The notes: generated by a model from the sequence alone, not told the origin. Shown: positions 19,849 to 30,313, counted from the first letter of the stretch. The stretch: 64,000 nucleotides of DNA from Desulfobacterales bacterium (GCA_963674755.2 CAXXVS010000002.1:1984001-2048000); one strand, 5' to 3'. Made by a program: numbers and translations.

Positions 19849-21156
19849 TTGAGCCGCATGACCGCTACCAACCTCACAAATCACCCCTCGGCGCCCGATC
19901 CACAGCCGCCCCGCTGGTCGGCCGGCCAGCGCCTGAAACAGGGCGTCATCGGTGCCCTGATCATTGCCATGGGTATTGGCGGAGCCGTCTATTTCAAAAC
20001 GACCGCCCCGCGCGCCGACAAACGACCGCCCAAGGTGGTGGCCCCCCTGGTGGAAGTGACCACTGTCGAACCGGGACGCCATCAGGTGGTGGTGACCGCC
20101 ATGGGAACCGTCACCCCGGCCCGGTCCCTGGCTCTCGAATCCCGGGTGACGGGCGAAGTGATCCGAATGCATCCGGAATTTCAGATCGGCGGCCTGCTGC
20201 GGGCCGGCGACGTGGCCCTGCAAATCGACCCAGGGGACTATGAGCTGGCCGTCACCCGTGCCGAAAGCGCTGTGGTGGAGGCGGAATACGCGTTAAAACT
20301 GGAGGGGGGCCGCCAGGAAATCGCCCGGCGGGAATGGGCCATCCTGAACGGCGACAAACCGGCCGATCCCCTGGACAAGGAACTGGCCCTGCGAAAGCCC
20401 CATCTGCGCAAGGCCCAGGCCGATCTGGCCGCCGCCCGGGCCAATCTCAAGCAGACCCGCCTCGATCTGGAACGCACCCGTATAACGGTGCCCTTCAATG
20501 CGGTCGTGCGCAACCGCTACGTGGAATTGGGCTCCCAGGTGGCCGCCCAGGAAAAATTGGCCGACCTGGTGGGCGCGGACGCCTATTGGATCGAAGTTTC
20601 CATCCCGGTGGACCGCCTGCCTTGGATTGCCATTCCCCGCCGGGCGGGTGAGCCGGGGGCCGCGGTCGAGGTACACAATCAGAACGGTACCCGGGTTTCG
20701 GGGCAGGTTATCCGACTGCTCAGCGATCTGGAAACCGAAGGGCGCATGGCACGCCTGCTGGTGGAAGTGCGCCATCCTCTGGGGGACGACCCTGCCGCCG
20801 AAGCGCATCCGCCCCTGATTCTGGGGGAATATGTGCGGGTGGCGATCCAGGGCCGCGCCTTGGACAATGTCTATCGTATCCCCCGCACCGCCCTACGGGA
20901 CAACGCCCGCATCTGGATTGCGCGCGATGACGAGACCCTTCAGATCCGCGAAGTGGTCCCACTATGGCGTGATGCCGACTATGTGCTGCTGCAGGACGGG
21001 CTGGCCCCGGGTGAGCGGCTGGTCGTATCGGATCTGACGGCGGCCGTGGACGGCATGGCCGTCCGGGAACGTTCGGATGCCCCCCCGCAAACGGCGCCCC
21101 CTGATCGGAAGGCCAATCCCCGGAAGGATGCCACCGCACCCACTGCCACCCAATAG
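19849..21156 (+). CDS. RND efflux periplasmic adaptor
   Basis: N-terminal TM, lipoyl halves, LERTRITVPF, IPRTAL...GLAPGERLVV. Confidence 0.87.
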   Translation: MSRMTATNLTNHPSAPDPQPPRWSAGQRLKQGVIGALIIAMGIGGAVYFKTTAPRADKRPPKVVAPLVEVTTVEPGRHQVVVTAMGTVTPARSLALESRVTGEVIRMHPEFQIGGLLRAGDVALQIDPGDYELAVTRAESAVVEAEYALKLEGGRQEIARREWAILNGDKPADPLDKELALRKPHLRKAQADLAAARANLKQTRLDLERTRITVPFNAVVRNRYVELGSQVAAQEKLADLVGADAYWIEVSIPVDRLPWIAIPRRAGEPGAAVEVHNQNGTRVSGQVIRLLSDLETEGRMARLLVEVRHPLGDDPAAEAHPPLILGEYVRVAIQGRALDNVYRIPRTALRDNARIWIARDDETLQIREVVPLWRDADYVLLQDGLAPGERLVVSDLTAAVDGMAVRERSDAPPQTAPPDRKANPRKDATAPTATQ

Positions 21157-21197
21157 CCCTGCATGCGCAAAATGCCACACTGGACAATAATGTTACG

Positions 21198-24100
21198 ATG
21201 AACACACCCACTACAAACTCCAACCCCCGCGGCCCCATCGCCTGGATGGCCGGCCATTCGGTGACGGCCAACCTCATCATGGTGGTCTTCCTGGTGGGCG
21301 GCCTGATATGGGGGCTGCACATCAAGCAGGAAGTCTTCCCGGACTTCGAACTGGATTTCGTCAACATCTCAGTGGCCTACCCCGGCGCCAGCCCCTCGGA
21401 GGTGGAACGCGGTATCATCTGGGCCATTGAAGAGGCGGTACAGGGGCTGGAGGGCGTCAAAGAGGTGACCGCCTCGGCCAATGAAGGCTCGGGCACCGTC
21501 ACCGTGGAAGTCCTCGAGGGGACCGACCCGAACCGTCTTTCCGAAAAAATCCAAAACGAAGTGGATCAGATCACCTCTTTTCCGGAAGAGGCGGAAACAC
21601 CGCGCGTGGCGGTGGCCGACCGCAAGCGCTCCGTGGTATCGGTTATTCTTTACGGGGATCAGAGCGAATGGGTGCTGCGGGAGATGGCCGAAGACCTGCG
21701 CATGCGCATGCTGCAGGATCCGGACATCACCCAGGTGGATCTGGAGGGCATTCGGGATTTCGAAATCAGCATCGAGATTCCCCAGCGCACGTTGCGCGCC
21801 TATGGACTGACCCTGGACGAAGTGGCTCAAAAAATCGGGGCGGCGGCCGTCGAACTGCCGGGTGGTTCCATCAAAACGGAAAGCGGGGATATCCTTGTCC
21901 GGATGAAAGAGCGCCGTAATTTCGGTCGCGAATTCGATAACATTCCGGTGGTCACCTCCAATGACGGCACGGAAGTGCGGCTGGCCGAGATGGCCCGCAT
22001 CCAGGACGGTTTTGAAGAAAGCGACCGTTTTGCGACCTACAACGGCCAACGTGCCATCCGGCTGGGAGTATCCCGGGTGGGCGATCAGACGCCCATCACG
22101 GTTTCCGATGCCGTTAAACGCCAGGTCGAGGCCTTGAAAACCAGCTTGCCCCCCGGCCTGCACTTAAGCCTGCTCAACGACCGCTCGGATATCTATCGCC
22201 AGCGTTTGAACCTGATGCTGCGCAACGGGTATCTGGGACTGGCATTGGTATTCGTCGTTCTGGCCGTATTCCTGGAAGCCCGTCTGGCCTTCTGGGTGAG
22301 TCTGGGCATCCCCATCAGCTTTCTGGGGTCAATGCTTTTCCTGCCCGTCGCCGGTGTGAGCATCAATATGGTATCCCTGTTCGCCTTCATCGTCACCCTG
22401 GGCATCGTGGTGGACGACGCCATCGTGGTGGGCGAAAATGTCTACTACCACCGCCAGCAGGGATTGCCCTGGCGCGAAGCCGCCATCCGCGGAGCCCGCG
22501 ATATCGCCATGCCGGTGACCTTCAGCGTCCTCACCAACATGGTGGCCTTCCTGCCGCTCATGTTCATCCCCGGCATCATGGGCAAGGTTTTCAGCCAGAT
22601 CCCGGTGGTGGTGATCAGCGTATTCGCCATCTCCCTCATCGAAAGCCTGTTCGTCCTGCCCGCCCACCTGGGGCACCAGCCTGAAAACCGGGCTCCCGGT
22701 CCACTGGCCTTCCTGCACCGGGCCCAGCAGCGCTTCAGCCGCTTTTTTTCCCGCATGGTCGAGCGCCACTACGGCGCCTTCCTCGACTGGACCCTGCGCA
22801 ACCGCTATATCACCCTGGCCGCCGGCCTGGCCGTGCTGATCGTGACCGTGGGCTATGTGCAAAGCGGCCGCATGGGATTTACCCTCTTTCCCAAAATCGA
22901 ATCCGACTATGCCCGGGTGACCGCCACCCTGCCCTACGGGTCGGCCGTTCAGAAAACCATGGCAGTCCAGGACCGGCTGGTAGAGGCCATCCGTGCGGTA
23001 ACGGATGAAAACGGCGGCGAGCGCCTCCTTAAGGGCATCTATGCCCAGGTGGCCGACAACCAAACCACGGTCACCGCCTACCTGACGGACGCAAACGTGC
23101 GTCCCCAAAGTACAGCGGAAGTTACCCGCCTGTGGCGGGAACGGGTCGGGGCCCTGGTGGGGCTGGAGTCGATCCTCTTCGAGTCGGATGCCGGGGGTCC
23201 GGGACGGGGGGCGTCCCTATCGGTGGAACTGCGCCATGAAGACCTGGGAGTTTTGGAAAAGGCCAGTGCAGCGCTGGCCGCCGCCTTGGGCTATTACCCG
23301 AATGTCAGCGACATCGACGACGGTTTTTCGCCCGGCAAGCAGCAGATCGATTTTAACATCAGACCCGAGGGCCGCAGCCTGGGATTGACGGCCCGCGACA
23401 TCGCCCGCCAGGTGCGCCATGCCTATTATGGTTCCGAGGCCCTGCGCCAGCAGCGGGGTCGCAACGAGGTCAAAGTGATGGTGCGCCTGCCACGCTCGGA
23501 AAGGGTTTCCGAGCACAATCTGGAGGAAATGATCCTGCGTGCGCCCAGCGGGGTGGAAATCCCCCTGCGGGAAGCCGTCAGCCTGAAACGCGGCCGGGCC
23601 TACACCAGCATTAAACGGCGCAACGGCCAACGGGTGGTGACGGCCACGGCCAATGTGCGCCCGGTCAGCCAGACCGGTCAGGTACAGGCCTCTCTGAGAG
23701 CGGATATCCTGCCGCGCCTGGTAAGGGAATATCGCGGGCTGAGCTACAGCTTCGAAGGGCGCCAGGCCGACATGCGCGAAAGCATGCAAAGCCTGACCAG
23801 GGGCCTCCTGCTGGCCCTCCTGGTGATCTACGCCATGCTGGCGATCCCCTTCAACAGCTATATCCAGCCGATTATCGTTATTTTATGCGTGCCTTTCGGC
23901 ATCGTGGGGGCCATCATCGGTCACCTGCTAATGGGTTTCAGCCTGAGCGTGATGAGCATGTTCGGGGTCGTCGCTTTATCCGGTGTGGTCATCAACGACT
24001 CTCTGGTTCTGATCGACCACGCCAACCGCCGGCGCAACGCTGGCGACAATGCCCATGATGCCGTTTACGCCTCGGGCATCCAGCGTTTCCGGCCCATTCT

Positions 24101-24323
24101 GCTCACCACCCTGACCACCTTCGGCGGTCTGATGCCCATGATCTTCGAAACATCGCGCCAGGCCCGCTTCCTGATTCCCATGGCCATCTCCCTGGGGTTC
24201 GGGATCGTCTTCGCCACCTTGATCACCCTGGCCCTGGTGCCGTCCTTTTATATGATCGTCAATGATGTGCAGGGCCTGCTGGCCATTCGCGGCAAGGCCG
24301 CCCCAGCGGCCAAGGATCTGTGA
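21198..24323 (+). CDS. RND efflux transporter permease (AcrB family)
   Basis: 1041 aa; LGIVVDDAIVVGEN, GVVINDSLV, RFRPILLTT. Confidence 0.92.
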   Translation: MNTPTTNSNPRGPIAWMAGHSVTANLIMVVFLVGGLIWGLHIKQEVFPDFELDFVNISVAYPGASPSEVERGIIWAIEEAVQGLEGVKEVTASANEGSGTVTVEVLEGTDPNRLSEKIQNEVDQITSFPEEAETPRVAVADRKRSVVSVILYGDQSEWVLREMAEDLRMRMLQDPDITQVDLEGIRDFEISIEIPQRTLRAYGLTLDEVAQKIGAAAVELPGGSIKTESGDILVRMKERRNFGREFDNIPVVTSNDGTEVRLAEMARIQDGFEESDRFATYNGQRAIRLGVSRVGDQTPITVSDAVKRQVEALKTSLPPGLHLSLLNDRSDIYRQRLNLMLRNGYLGLALVFVVLAVFLEARLAFWVSLGIPISFLGSMLFLPVAGVSINMVSLFAFIVTLGIVVDDAIVVGENVYYHRQQGLPWREAAIRGARDIAMPVTFSVLTNMVAFLPLMFIPGIMGKVFSQIPVVVISVFAISLIESLFVLPAHLGHQPENRAPGPLAFLHRAQQRFSRFFSRMVERHYGAFLDWTLRNRYITLAAGLAVLIVTVGYVQSGRMGFTLFPKIESDYARVTATLPYGSAVQKTMAVQDRLVEAIRAVTDENGGERLLKGIYAQVADNQTTVTAYLTDANVRPQSTAEVTRLWRERVGALVGLESILFESDAGGPGRGASLSVELRHEDLGVLEKASAALAAALGYYPNVSDIDDGFSPGKQQIDFNIRPEGRSLGLTARDIARQVRHAYYGSEALRQQRGRNEVKVMVRLPRSERVSEHNLEEMILRAPSGVEIPLREAVSLKRGRAYTSIKRRNGQRVVTATANVRPVSQTGQVQASLRADILPRLVREYRGLSYSFEGRQADMRESMQSLTRGLLLALLVIYAMLAIPFNSYIQPIIVILCVPFGIVGAIIGHLLMGFSLSVMSMFGVVALSGVVINDSLVLIDHANRRRNAGDNAHDAVYASGIQRFRPILLTTLTTFGGLMPMIFETSRQARFLIPMAISLGFGIVFATLITLALVPSFYMIVNDVQGLLAIRGKAAPAAKDL

Positions 24324-24452
24324 CAGCGGGAGGGGGGTTGATCGGGACGGGAGCAAGCCCTGAGGGCGATCCGGGGGTGCCACACTTTCGGTCCTCGTTC
24401 GCCCTGGGCAGGACTGCGACGCCGCCCGAGAAATCGGCCAATGCGACTGCGT

Positions 24453-24797
24453 TCAGTCTTCGGTCGTCACAAGGTCGGTATCGTCGAAAAACAACTCCAC
24501 GGATTGATTTTCGGAAGAATCGAACAGGACCATCACCGACTCGGCAATTTTGAGCACATAAGGCCTGATGGGAAACAGATTGGGTGTCCGCAAAGCATCC
24601 ACCACGGCTTCCCGGCCACGGGCCACGGAACGCTCGATGCGGGCATGGCTGTAGGTCTCTTCGCATAAAAATTCAAAATCATCCTGCCGCAGCAGATCCG
24701 TATCGACGTTGCGCAGATTCTTGTCGATAATGGCGTATTCCCTGATTTTGAAGTCGTGCCGGGTTCCTTCCTGGCTAATAACATATTTCTGACGCAT
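24453..24797 (-). CDS. Hypothetical protein
   Basis: AGGAG RBS before MRQKYVIS; protein-like composition; no recognised motif. Confidence 0.7.
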   Translation of the reverse strand: MRQKYVISQEGTRHDFKIREYAIIDKNLRNVDTDLLRQDDFEFLCEETYSHARIERSVARGREAVVDALRTPNLFPIRPYVLKIAESVMVLFDSSENQSVELFFDDTDLVTTED

Positions 24798-25093
24798 GAT
24801 TGCTCTCCTTTGTGCATCGTTTTGATTGGCGTGCCGATGCATCACGTCCCCTCAAAGGGATGACGGCCCTTTGACCTGTCAGGATCGGCGTCGAGAACCA
24901 ATGGCTTCGGTGGGCGGTGTAAACAGCGAATGACGGGGGAACACAGTTCAGACGGGCTCCGCAAATGCTGATCGTGACCCTGTGTATATCACATCTGTAC
25001 CGACGATACCAGGGGGGCTCAAACACGGGCTCTTGCCCCGGACGAGGCCCTGGGCAAGAATGTTTCCCTCCCCTGTCCGTTTTACCTTCCGCT

Positions 25094-25330
25094 TCAGGGG
25101 ATATTCAACAATCCCTTCACCCGCTCCACTTTCTCTTCCAGCCCTCCCTGACGTCCGATCATGATCCGCTGGGTCATGGGCGGTCCGGCGCCATGCATGG
25201 ATTCGGTCAAGTAGGCCACCGCGCCGGATCCGGTCACCAGATTTTCAATCAGACGCAACATGTTGATCCGATCCACCGGATCGGTATCTTCGGCCGCTGC
25301 CAGGACTTTCCTAATATAAGGGCCGGCCAC
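25094..25330 (-). CDS. Small hypothetical protein
   Basis: 78-aa ORF immediately downstream of and co-oriented with 25349-26473. Confidence 0.4.
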   Translation of the reverse strand: MAGPYIRKVLAAAEDTDPVDRINMLRLIENLVTGSGAVAYLTESMHGAGPPMTQRIMIGRQGGLEEKVERVKGLLNIP

Positions 25331-25348
25331 CGGGTCTTCAAGGTCGTG

Positions 25349-26473
25349 TCAATCGCCTTGCGGAGCAAAGACCGCGTCCAGGTCGGCGCGAATGAACCGG
25401 GGGCGGTAGAGGTCGGCATCCGCATAGAGGCGCTCCGGATCGTGGACATCGTTGAGGTTATAGGAAACCAGGTATCCGTCGGCGTGACCGAACTGGAGGT
25501 GCACAAAGGGGTTGTAGGCCGCGATGGCGCCGTCGGCCTCCGGGGCCCGGTAGATTTGGGCCGGCCCCTGCCAGGGACCGGTGGGCGCCGCGGCCCGGTA
25601 GAGCACCACCCGGTTCGAAAAGGGGGTGCGCTCGTCCATGGTCACCAGACCGAAACCCGATGCCAGGGGAACCACGCCGAACTGGCTGCTGACGCCGGCC
25701 AGAACGGAGCGGCTGGCCTTGGCATCGAAGGACCACTGTCGTCCGGTCCAGAATTGCCAGGCCGCATCCAGATGCTGCCGAGGGGCCCGGGCCAGGTGCA
25801 GGTGCTTGATCGCGCTGCGCGTCTCCGTCCCGTAAATATAGATCCAGGGACCCCATGCCAGCAGCGCGCTGCCGTAAGCCACGCCGTTGCCGTCATCCCG
25901 CTGAGCCACACCCACCAATTCCAAAGCGGGCAGCTGCAGCGTGGCGATCACCGTTCCATCCCAGGCCCAGCCCCACATGCCCGGCGCCACCTGGCGAAAG
26001 CGGTGGTAGAACACCATCAGCCGGTCCCCGCAGACGATGCCGTCCCCCGGCCAGAACCAGGCCTTCGGATCCTGCGGAACCAGAAAAGCGCTCGGATGGC
26101 GCGTGGTTCCCCCGTGGAGCGTTGTCAGATGGTCTCTGTTCTGGACCACCAGGCAATTGCGGATCAGCGGGCTGTCCAGCGGACGCGATCCATCCGGTCG
26201 GACATGGCCCAGGAAGGTGTCCCCGAACAACCACACTGAACGTCCATCCGGAAGGCCGATGGAGAGGGTGCCATCCCCACCGGTCCACCCGCCTCCGGAA
26301 CGGGTAAACAGACGGTTGAAGAAGGGATCCGGATGGGCCTGGAACGTTGCCGGCGGCGAAGGCGATGCCGGTTTGCGCAGACAGGCGGACGGCAGCAGGA
26401 ACAGGATTCCGAAAAGGACCGCCAGCAGCAGCGCATATCGGCCAAAAGGAAAAGGACGGTCAGCAGACCGCAT
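25349..26473 (-). CDS. Putative lipoprotein, beta-propeller-like (DUF4185/DUF5005-like)
   Basis: Lipobox LPSAC; GWTGGDG..S..LPDGR..WLFGDTF, WFWPGDG and YRPRF pattern; AGGAG RBS. Confidence 0.65.
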   Translation of the reverse strand: MRSADRPFPFGRYALLLAVLFGILFLLPSACLRKPASPSPPATFQAHPDPFFNRLFTRSGGGWTGGDGTLSIGLPDGRSVWLFGDTFLGHVRPDGSRPLDSPLIRNCLVVQNRDHLTTLHGGTTRHPSAFLVPQDPKAWFWPGDGIVCGDRLMVFYHRFRQVAPGMWGWAWDGTVIATLQLPALELVGVAQRDDGNGVAYGSALLAWGPWIYIYGTETRSAIKHLHLARAPRQHLDAAWQFWTGRQWSFDAKASRSVLAGVSSQFGVVPLASGFGLVTMDERTPFSNRVVLYRAAAPTGPWQGPAQIYRAPEADGAIAAYNPFVHLQFGHADGYLVSYNLNDVHDPERLYADADLYRPRFIRADLDAVFAPQGD

Positions 26474-26583
26474 GATGATTCTCCTGAGGATTGGGGTGCG
26501 CGGCAACCGGGGGGATGGCGCCGATCACATTGCCCATCCGCCAAGGGGGATTGTCAACGGCGATACGGATCTTGAGCTAACGA

Positions 26584-26844
26584 GTGTCCACCCAGAGGTG
26601 GCCGATTTTGGTTCCTGGTCCCGCTCCATAGCGCGGGATTTCACGCCTGATCTTTAAAAACATCAGTGTTCAACAAATCGCTGTCGACGGGCGCCGGACG
26701 GCGTATCCGTAGGAGCGACAGCGTTGCGTAGCCCGGCTACGCCGAGGACCGACAGGAGGCGAGAACGCCGGCTTGTCCGCCAAAGGTGGAATGGTATACC
26801 GGCGGCGGGCCAGGGGCCGAAAGATCCCATCTCGGAATGGACAC
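26584..26844 (+). repeat. Intergenic hairpin repeat, copy A (variant interior)
   Basis: Terminal inverted arms GTGTCCA...TGGACAC; right about 120 bp nearly identical to copies B and C. Confidence 0.85.
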
Positions 26845-26849
26845 GGGGC

Positions 26850-27242
26850 TCATCGTCCGGTCAACGACACGCAGTAGGAAAGGAAGCGATCCATGGCTTC
26901 GTCGTAGTCTTCGCCGGCGATGATGCCGTCGCCCACCACATCGCCGTAACGTGACAACTTGACGATTTCAAAGTGGTTGCGGTTCAGCCAGCGGTCTTGG
27001 TCCCGGGGCAGATCGGCGTCGGTCAACCCGGCAATTTCCATTTTCTCGATGCCCCCGCTGGCCGCGCCATGACCATAGACATCGAATTTGCGGTCGGGAT
27101 TGGGCAGGACGAATTTGACATTGCCACAAGCTTGCAGGGCGACCTTGCGGCCGTTGGGCATGACGGCATAGGCCACCTGTCCCTTGTAAAAGACGCTGCT
27201 GCCGCAGTTCTCCTTTTTTTCCTGGATCACGTACATTTCCAT
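26850..27242 (-). CDS. Hypothetical protein downstream of a c-di-GMP-I riboswitch
   Basis: 130-aa ORF with GGAGA RBS, directly after the riboswitch terminator. Confidence 0.75.
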   Translation of the reverse strand: MEMYVIQEKKENCGSSVFYKGQVAYAVMPNGRKVALQACGNVKFVLPNPDRKFDVYGHGAASGGIEKMEIAGLTDADLPRDQDRWLNRNHFEIVKLSRYGDVVGDGIIAGEDYDEAMDRFLSYCVSLTGR

Positions 27243-27272
27243 GGCGTCGTGCGTCTCCCGCGGCTAAAGCCC

Positions 27273-27306
27273 AAAAGAAAAGCCCCGGCCAGGCCAAGGG
27301 CTTTCT
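27273..27306 (-). terminator. Intrinsic terminator, riboswitch expression platform
   Basis: Minus strand AGAAAGCCCTTGGCC-T-GGCCGGGGCTTTTCTTTT hairpin with U tract, between aptamer and ORF. Confidence 0.75.
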
Positions 27307-27315
27307 CCGCTGTTT

Positions 27316-27420
27316 GATATCGGCAACCCGGCCATCGTTACCGGCCGCCTATCCCGCCAGCCGGCTTTAGATCCGTGGTTTTGCGTCTCCACCTTTCAGC
27401 GGATTTGCCCTTCGCGATGC
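27316..27420 (-). ncRNA. c-di-GMP-I (GEMM-I) riboswitch aptamer
   Basis: Minus strand AAGGGCAAA-TCCGCT-GAAA-GGTGGA-GACGCAAAACC..GGATCTAAA..ACGATGGCCGGGTTGCCGAT: P2 with GAAA tetraloop, P3 with receptor-like CTAA, P1 ATCG/CGAT. Confidence 0.9.
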
Positions 27421-27567
27421 AATCGCTTTTCTGACGATCCACTAAAGACAATGCGGTCCCTTTTGTCAAGTAGCTTATGCGAATCCGCCCTGCGGCACGC
27501 GGAGGAGGGAAATGATTCGGGGGGGGAAACAAACCGGGAGCAACCTGCTTCAGCCTTGCAGAAAACG

Positions 27568-27903
27568 CTAACGGGGTTTTTGGAGCTTACGCAGCTTGTC
27601 GATCTGCCTTTTCTTCATGAGCAGCTGGACCCACTCGCTCATGTGGTCTGCCAGGCTGTGGGAATCCGCCGCTTTCTGCAATGCTTCCACGGCTTCCAGG
27701 CATCCACGGAGATCATCACGTTCCGGGGCTTTAAGCAGCAGCCGTCGATAGATCGCGGCCGCTTTGTCATAGTGCCTTTGATCGGCGTAGATCCGGGCCA
27801 TTGTCTCGGTTTCAAAATCCTTTTCAGCAGCCATGGCAAGCAGCTCCGGTGAATCCTTAGGGTTGTCGCCTGAAAACGCGTCGCCCTGATCATCATGCCG
27901 CAC
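27568..27903 (-). CDS. Small TPR-like protein
   Basis: TETMARIYADQRHYDKAAAIYRRLL single-TPR pattern; start uncertain. Confidence 0.65.
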   Translation of the reverse strand: MRHDDQGDAFSGDNPKDSPELLAMAAEKDFETETMARIYADQRHYDKAAAIYRRLLLKAPERDDLRGCLEAVEALQKAADSHSLADHMSEWVQLLMKKRQIDKLRKLQKPR

Positions 27904-27921
27904 GCATGTGGGCCTGCAACG

Positions 27922-28245
27922 TCATGGGCGGGGTAAATCCGCACCGGCGGCGGGCGGGGGCGACGCGCCGGGCGCCATGAAAATAAGCTCGTCCGCCGTC
28001 ACCAGGCCGAGTTCGTTGCGGGCCACGTATTCGATATAGTAGGGATCGTTTTCCAGACGCTGCTTTTCGGCGAAGCGCGCCAGATTATCCTTCAACAGGG
28101 TCTGGCTTTTCTCCACCAGACGGTCGCGATCCAGCCGGATCAGGTGCAAGTCGGCCACCCCTTTGTCACCGAATATAATCATCAGGAGAAAGGTGAAAAG
28201 CCCGATGATGGCAAACGAGAGCATGATGTTTTGACGTGTACTCAT
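27922..28245 (-). CDS. Septum formation initiator (FtsB/DivIC family)
   Basis: TM, FGDKG, coiled coil, DPYYIEYVARNELGLV. Confidence 0.85.
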   Translation of the reverse strand: MSTRQNIMLSFAIIGLFTFLLMIIFGDKGVADLHLIRLDRDRLVEKSQTLLKDNLARFAEKQRLENDPYYIEYVARNELGLVTADELIFMAPGASPPPAAGADLPRP

Positions 28246-29870
28246 GACCGCTTCTTCCCTTTAAACACCACACGCCGGCAGATCTGCAATTCCGGGATGT
28301 TGCCGAAAAACGCCGCGGCGATATACACGGTGACCCCGGCCGCGACATCCACACCCAGACGTAGCGCCGACAAGCCGGTCGTCCGACTCAAGTGCAGCGC
28401 CATCCAATGGTCCAGTCCGTAAACCGCCCCGCCCATCAAAAGCGCACAGCAGGCGATGCGGCCGGTCGCCGCCGCCAGCCGTAGCCCGCCCAGCGGCCCG
28501 ATGCGGCGGCGCAGCATGACGGTGAGAAGCACAACGTTCAGGACAGCGGCCAAAGACGCTGCCAAGGCGATCCCGCCAGGCCCCATGGCCGGCATCAAGG
28601 CTATACCAGCGGCGACATTGACCAGTACGCCGGCCGCGGCCGCCTGGAGAGGCCGATAGGCATCCTGCAGGGCGTAAAACACCGCCAGGAGGATGCGCAG
28701 GGCAGCGTAAGCCCATAATGCCGTACTGTACCACAAAAGGGCATAGGACGTCAACCTAACGGAATCACTACCAAAAGCGCCGTGCTCAAATAAAACGGCA
28801 ACGATCGGTTCACGCAATACCATCAGCCCCACCATCGACGGCAGGATCACGAACCAAACCAATTGCAGGGATTGCAGAAACGTCGTTTTGATATCCTCCA
28901 GATGCCCCTGGGCCGCCTGCCGGGAAAAATCGGGCATAACGACAGTGACTGCGGATATGGCGAAAATCCCCAGGGGGAACTGAACCAACCGATCCGCATA
29001 AAAGAGATAGGAAACGCTGCCGGCCGCCAGGTAGGAAGCCAGCAGGGTTCCCAGGAGGACATTAACCTGATAGGCGGCGCCCCCCAGCAAAACCGGGACG
29101 GTAGCCCGGCCGAAGCGAGCAAGAACCCCGGTCTCAACGGGCACCTTCCTGCGGAAGGCTATCCCGCGCGCGGTCAGGACCGGCAGTTGCAACGCAACCT
29201 GCAAAGCACCCCCCACCACCACCCCGGCCGCCAGGACGGCCGCCCGCATGGCAAGCGAAGGCGCCCACCATACGCCCAGCAACACCGCAGCAATCATGGC
29301 CCCATTGAGGGCCAGGGGGGCCAGGGCCGGCGCTGTGAAATGTCCCAGGGCATTGAGGATGCCCATGGCCATCGCCACCAGCCCGGTCAACAGCAAATAG
29401 GGCAGCATGATGCGGGTCAGGAGAACGGCAAGTTGAAAGGAAGCTCCGCTGACCGCAAAACCGGGAGCCAGGGCACGTACGATAAGAGGTGCCGCCACAA
29501 CCCCCAGCAGGACGATAAGCGCCAGCGACAGCGCCAGGTGCCGAAAGGCGGCAACGGCCAAATCAAGGGCCGCCCGGGGTCCCCGCCGGAGGGCCTGGTC
29601 ATGGAACACCGGGATAAAGGCCATGCCCAAGGCCCCCTCCCCCACCAGGCGTCGAAACATATTGGGAAGCCGAAAGGCCACGATAAAAGCGTCGGCATAG
29701 ATGCCGGTGCCGAAACTCCAGGCAATCAGCATATCACGGACATAACCCAGTATCCGGCTGGCAAGGGTCAGGGACATCACGATCCGGGCGGCTTTAGAAC
29801 CGGCATGTTCAGGCGGCGCCACAGGGTCGTTTTCGGGAGAGGTGTCCGGCAATGGTGGGGTTGCAGTCAT
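28242..29870 (-). CDS. murJ: Lipid II flippase MurJ (MviN)
   Basis: SRILGYVRD, AFRLPNMFRRLVGEG, YADRLVQFPLG. Confidence 0.95.
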   Translation of the reverse strand: MTATPPLPDTSPENDPVAPPEHAGSKAARIVMSLTLASRILGYVRDMLIAWSFGTGIYADAFIVAFRLPNMFRRLVGEGALGMAFIPVFHDQALRRGPRAALDLAVAAFRHLALSLALIVLLGVVAAPLIVRALAPGFAVSGASFQLAVLLTRIMLPYLLLTGLVAMAMGILNALGHFTAPALAPLALNGAMIAAVLLGVWWAPSLAMRAAVLAAGVVVGGALQVALQLPVLTARGIAFRRKVPVETGVLARFGRATVPVLLGGAAYQVNVLLGTLLASYLAAGSVSYLFYADRLVQFPLGIFAISAVTVVMPDFSRQAAQGHLEDIKTTFLQSLQLVWFVILPSMVGLMVLREPIVAVLFEHGAFGSDSVRLTSYALLWYSTALWAYAALRILLAVFYALQDAYRPLQAAAAGVLVNVAAGIALMPAMGPGGIALAASLAAVLNVVLLTVMLRRRIGPLGGLRLAAATGRIACCALLMGGAVYGLDHWMALHLSRTTGLSALRLGVDVAAGVTVYIAAAFFGNIPELQICRRVVFKGKKRS

Positions 29871-30013
29871 GATTCAGGGGCGAGGGGATGGCTTGCCGAC
29901 CGGATGAAAGGCATCATTTTTTTAGCCGGCAATCTGTTTCAGGACTTGACATTATCGGAGGCTTCCATTAAGAATTTTTTTTTACCAAAAGCAATCATTA
30001 AGGAGAGACCATC

Positions 30014-30280
30014 TTGGCCAATCATAAATCAGCGAAAAAACGTGCCCTGCAAAATGAAATCCGGCGTTTGCGCAACCGTTCCGTGCGCACCCAGATCAAA
30101 AGTCTCGTCAAGACCGTGCGCACCGTAGCCGCAAGCGAAGACAAGACCCAGGCGCCGGCCCAATTGAAGCTGGCCCAATCGGCGATCGATAAAGCCGCCA
30201 AAAAAGGCGTTTACCATCGTAAAACCGCTTCGCGTAAAATCGCCCGTCTGGCGCGGCAGGTCAAAAGCGCCCAAGCCTGA
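30014..30280 (+). CDS. rpsT: 30S ribosomal protein S20
   Basis: ANHKSAKKR...IDKAAKKGVYHRKTASRK; TTG start with AAGGAG RBS; TTGACA at 29946. Confidence 0.97.
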   Translation: MANHKSAKKRALQNEIRRLRNRSVRTQIKSLVKTVRTVAASEDKTQAPAQLKLAQSAIDKAAKKGVYHRKTASRKIARLARQVKSAQA

Positions 30281-30313
30281 ACACACGCCCATCTCCCCTT
30301 TCGCAAATCGCCG

